From: an uncultured bacterium
GTDB taxonomy: Bacteria; Auribacterota; Erginobacteria; Erginobacterales; Erginobacteraceae
DNA length: 50,312 bases
NCBI GenBank assembly: GCA_964465735.1
Contig: CAYXKT010000003.1
Location: 1-50,312 of the forward strand
Reading direction: 5' to 3'
A program made the position numbers and the translations under genes. Below are positions 46,310 to 50,312 of this stretch, piece by piece; the stretch's first letter is position 1, and each line of letters begins with the position of its first letter. The notes under the pieces were generated by a model that was given only the letters and a program-made list of their open reading frames with translations, was not told the DNA's origin and ran no database searches.

Positions 46310-47902
46310 ATGAAGAAACCCTGGGTTATCCATCCGTTCTTGATGGCGCTCTTCCCCGGTCTTTTTTTTGTTACATATAATATCGGGGAGATAACCTTGA
46401 GTCGGGTTGACGCGATCGGCAGCTTGGTTATCCTGCCGCTGTTGTCTGCGCTGTTCTGGCTGACCCTGAGCTGGATAGTGAAAAATCGGCAAAAAGCCGG
46501 GTTGTTGGTTTCACTTTTCTTGTTCGTAATCTTTTCATACTATCCGGTTTACGATACCCTGCTGCGTATTTTTCGATATGAAGTTGACTATAGCAAAATA
46601 CTCAATGATGTCGTTCTCTCGCGGATACTTCTCTCCGGCAGCCTGATAATAATGGCCGGTTTGAGCTGGCGGATAATCAAAACCCGGAAATCTCTCGCGG
46701 ATGTCACCAGGGTTATCAACGTTTTCGCGGCCGGCCTGGTGGGGATTTCCCTGGTTCAATTGGGGGTCTATCTATATCAAAATTATCCGGCACTGAGAAG
46801 CGACGACCGGCTGGGATTGATCGTTGAAGAGGGGATTGTTAGGGGCGGCATTGAAAGTAGCGCGGGGCGCCGACTTCCCGATATCTATTATATTGTTCCC
46901 GACCGCTACGCCGGCGATAAATCGCTGAAAGAATTTTTCGGTTTCGATAACTTCGAGTTTATTGAATATTTGCGCAAAAAGGGATTCTATGTGGCCGCCG
47001 ACAGTTACGCGAATTATCCGAAAACATCCTGGTCGCTGGCCGCGACTTTGAATTATGAATACCTCGATGACTTAAGCGGTTTGTATCCGAAGGGGGTCAT
47101 AGATTTAAAGCCGTTGCATAAGAGAATTAAATATCATAAAGCGGGAAATTTCCTGCGGGCTAATGGTTATAAGTATATTCATTTCGGGTCGGGGGATGTG
47201 GAAAGGACGAATCGAAGTCCGATGGCCGATCAGAATATCGCCTACGCCTCGGCGACCAACTTAGTGGTGTCTTTGTATGAAGTATCGATCTTCTACCATA
47301 TCGCCCAATTATTTGGCTGGGAATATGATACCCGCCTCATCCATCGGAAAAGGATATTGTTCACTTTTGAAAAATTAGCGGAAATGCCTGACCTGGACAG
47401 AGATCAGCCAAAATTTATCTTTGCTCATCTGCTTTTTCCCCATCCGCCTTATGTATTTGACCGGAACGGCGATCGTCCAGCCCCGGATCAGTCAAGGGAT
47501 GAAAGGGAGAAATATATCTCCCAGTTGAAGCATTCCAACCAAAAGTTCAGGGAGCTTATTGATCAGTTGTTGATGAAATCTCCGGTACCCCCGATCATTA
47601 TTCTTCAAGCCGATGAAGGTCCCTTGCCGGACCGGTTTCAAAGCGACGAAAGAAATTTTGATTGGCGCTTGGCCAGCGGAGCCGAACTGCGGGAGAAGTT
47701 CGAGATCTTGAATGCATACTATTTGCCCGGCTTCGATTACAATCTTTTATATCCAGGGATAACGCCGATAAATACCTTCCGCCTGATATTTAACCATTAC
47801 TTTAACGCCGGATATGAATTATTGCCGGATAAGAACTACACGTTTGAAAAAATATTATACCCTTATGAATTTATCGAAGTGACGGAGCGGCTAAATGAAT
47901 AA
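46310..47902 (+). CDS. Membrane-anchored alkaline-phosphatase-superfamily protein (LtaS/EptA/sulfatase-like transferase)
   Basis: 530 aa with ~5 N-terminal TM helices. The soluble domain has PDIYYIVPDRYAG, NYPKTSWSLAATLN (candidate Thr nucleophile), FIFAHLLFPHPPYVF and ILQADEGP. There is no C/S-x-P-x-R formylglycine motif. Confidence 0.6.
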   Translation: MKKPWVIHPFLMALFPGLFFVTYNIGEITLSRVDAIGSLVILPLLSALFWLTLSWIVKNRQKAGLLVSLFLFVIFSYYPVYDTLLRIFRYEVDYSKILNDVVLSRILLSGSLIIMAGLSWRIIKTRKSLADVTRVINVFAAGLVGISLVQLGVYLYQNYPALRSDDRLGLIVEEGIVRGGIESSAGRRLPDIYYIVPDRYAGDKSLKEFFGFDNFEFIEYLRKKGFYVAADSYANYPKTSWSLAATLNYEYLDDLSGLYPKGVIDLKPLHKRIKYHKAGNFLRANGYKYIHFGSGDVERTNRSPMADQNIAYASATNLVVSLYEVSIFYHIAQLFGWEYDTRLIHRKRILFTFEKLAEMPDLDRDQPKFIFAHLLFPHPPYVFDRNGDRPAPDQSRDEREKYISQLKHSNQKFRELIDQLLMKSPVPPIIILQADEGPLPDRFQSDERNFDWRLASGAELREKFEILNAYYLPGFDYNLLYPGITPINTFRLIFNHYFNAGYELLPDKNYTFEKILYPYEFIEVTERLNE

Positions 47903-48011
47903 TTCGGGTCAGCGGTTTTCAGATAAGCCCCGGAATGCCATTGCAACTCCAAAATAGTGAAGCAATCTATTTTTATTCAGAATAACATCTTAACCGGAAC
48001 GCTGAGATTAC

Positions 48012-48159
48012 TTAGTGTCTGAACGAAAACCTCAAGTCACATAGAATCTGTCATTGCGAGGAACGAAGTGACGAAGCAATCTCATCACAAAACAAACAGA
48101 TTGCTTCGTCGTCCCTCCTCGCAATGACCTGGTTTTTGGGGTTTCCGTTCAGACACTAA
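48012..48159. repeat. 148-bp nested foldback containing a CATTGCGAGG-type hairpin element
   Basis: The outer inverted repeat is ttagtgtctgaacgaaaacc (48012..48031) with ggtttccgttcagacactaa (48140..48159), 1 mismatch. The inner repeat is gtcattgcgagg (48050..48061) with cctcgcaatgac (48117..48128), and gacgaagcaatct pairs with agattgcttcgtc. It may act as an intergenic terminator. Confidence 0.8.
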
Positions 48160-48230
48160 TTAGCCTGTTCAGAGTGATAGCGGAGGATCTCACCCGCATC
48201 CCCAGGATCGGGTTATGGATTTGGATATGA

Positions 48231-50183
48231 ATGGACCGAGTGTATAAAATCTTGAATAAATTTATACAGTTCGCCACCAGCAGCATACCGTTTATTACCG
48301 GCTTGCTGCTGTTGTTTCTGGCTGTATTATCATTTCTCTATCCTGGTTATTTTACCTGGCCTTTTAACTCCATTGCCTACCTTCCAGGAGGAGCAATCGG
48401 TATCATTGCCGGTTTAATTCTCTTATTCATCGTTTCGTGCCGATACCGACAACTGGCAGTCTGGCAGCCTGGCCAATGGGGCGAAAATCTTTTGCTACTG
48501 ACAGTATTATTGATCTTTATTGCGATTGTCGCGCTGGGTTCTGTTTGGGCTCCCTGGCTGGAGGGAGATGGTAACGTGGACCCTTCGGAGGCGTATGGAC
48601 CGTTAAGACTGCGAAATCACTTTATCCAATCGATTCAAATATTCCAGCCATCCAAAGGGGAACTTGAGATAGCTCCGTTGGCCTGGAAGTTGGCGGGGTT
48701 AATTTACATCGGGGGCGTTGTTTATTTTGTCAAAAGAATGGACTTCCGATTTTGGGACAGGTTAATGGCGCTGACCTTCTTCGCTTTCTTCCCTTCATCT
48801 GTTGGATTCATCGGTTATATTGATTCCTATGCGATTTCCTATATTTGTGTATCTGGTTTTTTAGCCGCTGCCTATATAGCGGCTCAGAAACGTTCGTGGT
48901 TATTCGGTTTCCTTTCTGTGGAATTCTTTATTCTTTCACTGTTTGCCCATCGCCTATCAATTATTAGTTTGATCTATCCGACGATTTATTTGATTGCCCT
49001 TCTATTGAATCGGTTTAATCTAAAGGATAATTACCGGGTCATCACATTTTTCATTGTTATGGCAATAACTTTAATTGCCGGTTTAGGATACGCAATAAAA
49101 GGAGACCCAGTTATATCTTGCTCGTTTTTTGGAGAATGGTTTTTGGGAGTATCTAAAACTGACGGAGTGATTTTAACTCTCTGGCATCCGCTCTTAACTA
49201 TGTTATCTGTTTTGCTACCCACGGTCTTTGTAATAATCCTCATCATAATCAATAAGAAAAGGCGGAACTGTATTATAAGTGATATTTATGCTGCTACGGC
49301 ATTTTGGGGTTCGATAACGATATTTCTAACCTATTACTTGGTACAGTTAGTTAATCCAATAGTTATTTTTGGAATCCTCGATTTTCTCCCGATTGCTGGA
49401 TGTGTGGCTGGCCTTTTTGCAGTACCGACCTATATCCTGGTCAGGTCTTGCTTGAAAAAATATATGTATTGTGTTGTTGTAATATGTTGTTTTATGACAA
49501 TCCCGAATATTATTTTGCATCGAAAACCACTGATAGCGAAAAAGTTAACTAATTGTCTGAACTCGGAGCGTTCTATATTCTGGATAGGGGGGTCCCCACA
49601 TTTCGTCATTGGCACGCGTTTCGCCGTGCACGCCGAAAAAGATCCCCAGTATATTCCATACGCGTATGAAATATTAAAGAAGGGGGCGGAAAATAAAGGT
49701 TTTTACAGGACTTTCGCTCCTGCAAATATGTACCGGCTGATATTGACTCAATATGCATCCGGTGATGTTGAGTCGGCCCGGAAAAATATTCGGAGTTTGT
49801 TAGTGAACTGGCCTCGTGCCGCTGCTTTTATGGTCGCAGCTTCTCGGGAGAGGTTTTATCACCAATTTTGCTACGAGGTAAATGCGAATATTCAAAATAC
49901 CAGTGAACAATTGCTGCTGGAAACTGGTGACCCGATTTATGAATCGGTTTATGATATTTGTAGAGAATACTCGGGGCCCCGCTCGGAGTCTTTCGACGAA
50001 GCCGGATACCCCTTTCGTAATATATTGGTTTTAATCTCTGACACTATACCGCCGACGTTAATTAACATTAGTCGGGAAAATATCGAAATTGGAGAGAGAA
50101 TATTATCGGAAATGGGAATGACTGATTTGATCAATGAATCAACCAAAACTGATTTATTGTCACTATTGAGATGCAACGAGTAA
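48231..50183 (+). CDS. Polytopic membrane protein with C-terminal soluble domain, function unknown (lower-GC block)
   Basis: 650-aa ORF with ~12 hydrophobic segments. Its codon composition is visibly AT-richer than the genes to its left. No motif was recognised. Confidence 0.6.
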   Translation: MDRVYKILNKFIQFATSSIPFITGLLLLFLAVLSFLYPGYFTWPFNSIAYLPGGAIGIIAGLILLFIVSCRYRQLAVWQPGQWGENLLLLTVLLIFIAIVALGSVWAPWLEGDGNVDPSEAYGPLRLRNHFIQSIQIFQPSKGELEIAPLAWKLAGLIYIGGVVYFVKRMDFRFWDRLMALTFFAFFPSSVGFIGYIDSYAISYICVSGFLAAAYIAAQKRSWLFGFLSVEFFILSLFAHRLSIISLIYPTIYLIALLLNRFNLKDNYRVITFFIVMAITLIAGLGYAIKGDPVISCSFFGEWFLGVSKTDGVILTLWHPLLTMLSVLLPTVFVIILIIINKKRRNCIISDIYAATAFWGSITIFLTYYLVQLVNPIVIFGILDFLPIAGCVAGLFAVPTYILVRSCLKKYMYCVVVICCFMTIPNIILHRKPLIAKKLTNCLNSERSIFWIGGSPHFVIGTRFAVHAEKDPQYIPYAYEILKKGAENKGFYRTFAPANMYRLILTQYASGDVESARKNIRSLLVNWPRAAAFMVAASRERFYHQFCYEVNANIQNTSEQLLLETGDPIYESVYDICREYSGPRSESFDEAGYPFRNILVLISDTIPPTLINISRENIEIGERILSEMGMTDLINESTKTDLLSLLRCNE

Positions 50184-50222
50184 GTTAGTTAATACCTGAA
50201 TTTTGCCCGCCAAACCGGGGGG

Positions 50223-50312
50223 AGGTGGCAAAGTAGCACAGACGTTCCTGTCTGTGGAGGCTTGGCCACAGGCAAGAATGCCTGTGCTACTATGCCCGCC
50301 GGTCAGCCACCT
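50223..50312. repeat. Long imperfect hairpin (GCCTGTGCTAC-type element) reaching the window end
   Basis: The arms are gtagcacagacgttcctgtctgtgg (50233..50257) and ccacaggcaagaatgcctgtgctac (50266..50290), matching at 21 of 25 positions. An outer pair joins aggtggc (50223..50229) with gccacct (50306..50312). Confidence 0.6.

Noticed and set aside
46310-47902. Sulfatase plus anaerobic sulfatase-maturating enzyme (anSME) pairing as the explanation for the SPASM radical-SAM genes
   Set aside because: The sulfatase-family protein has five N-terminal TM helices and no C/S-x-P-x-R formylglycine motif. It looks like an LtaS/EptA-type transferase.

Overview
By eye this is a GC-rich, almost fully coding 50.3-kb stretch of a bacterial genome, probably from an uncultivated lineage. 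I found no rRNA, tRNA or CRISPR array. All family calls come from motif recognition on the supplied translations and my own reading of the DNA; no HMM or BLAST search was possible.

Left ~20 kb, all on the minus strand:
- A TPR-tailed PMT/TMTC-like GT-C enzyme. It is missing from the ORF track because it runs off the left edge.
- A set of secreted proteins: a BNR/Asp-box domain, Pro/Thr linkers, FG-GAP/VCBS repeats and one PEP-CTERM protein.
- A ~3,160-aa tail-fibre-like surface protein that carries a perfect 1,531-bp internal direct repeat.

Middle:
- A deleted TMTC-like remnant.
- A YfhO-like membrane protein and a discoidin-tailed polytopic membrane protein.
- A vapBC toxin-antitoxin pair with a small discoidin gene, bracketed by two copies of a 161-bp MITE.

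Right ~20 kb, the best candidate for something undescribed:
- Nucleotide-sugar genes: a nucleotidyltransferase/PfkB kinase fusion, an SDR epimerase and a split transketolase.
- An ArnC/DPM1-type GT2 and a DegT-type aminotransferase.
- Six radical-SAM enzymes: four paralogous SPASM/twitch-like, one distinct, one B12-binding. They are partly translationally coupled and no precursor peptide is visible.
- A lower-GC block holding an LtaS/sulfatase-family membrane protein and another polytopic protein.

The spacers of this locus hold several kinds of repeat:
- The MITE, with 16-nt terminal inverted repeats and 5-bp target-site duplications.
- 7- and 8-nt tandem arrays that form hairpins and overlap stop codons.
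- A 411-bp foldback with covarying hairpins.
- Two inverted-repeat-bracketed cassettes carrying stop-riddled copies of a four-helix-bundle (23S rRNA IVS-type) gene and a GxxExxY gene.
- A CATTGCGAGG-type hairpin element, one copy of which sits in frame inside a membrane-protein gene.
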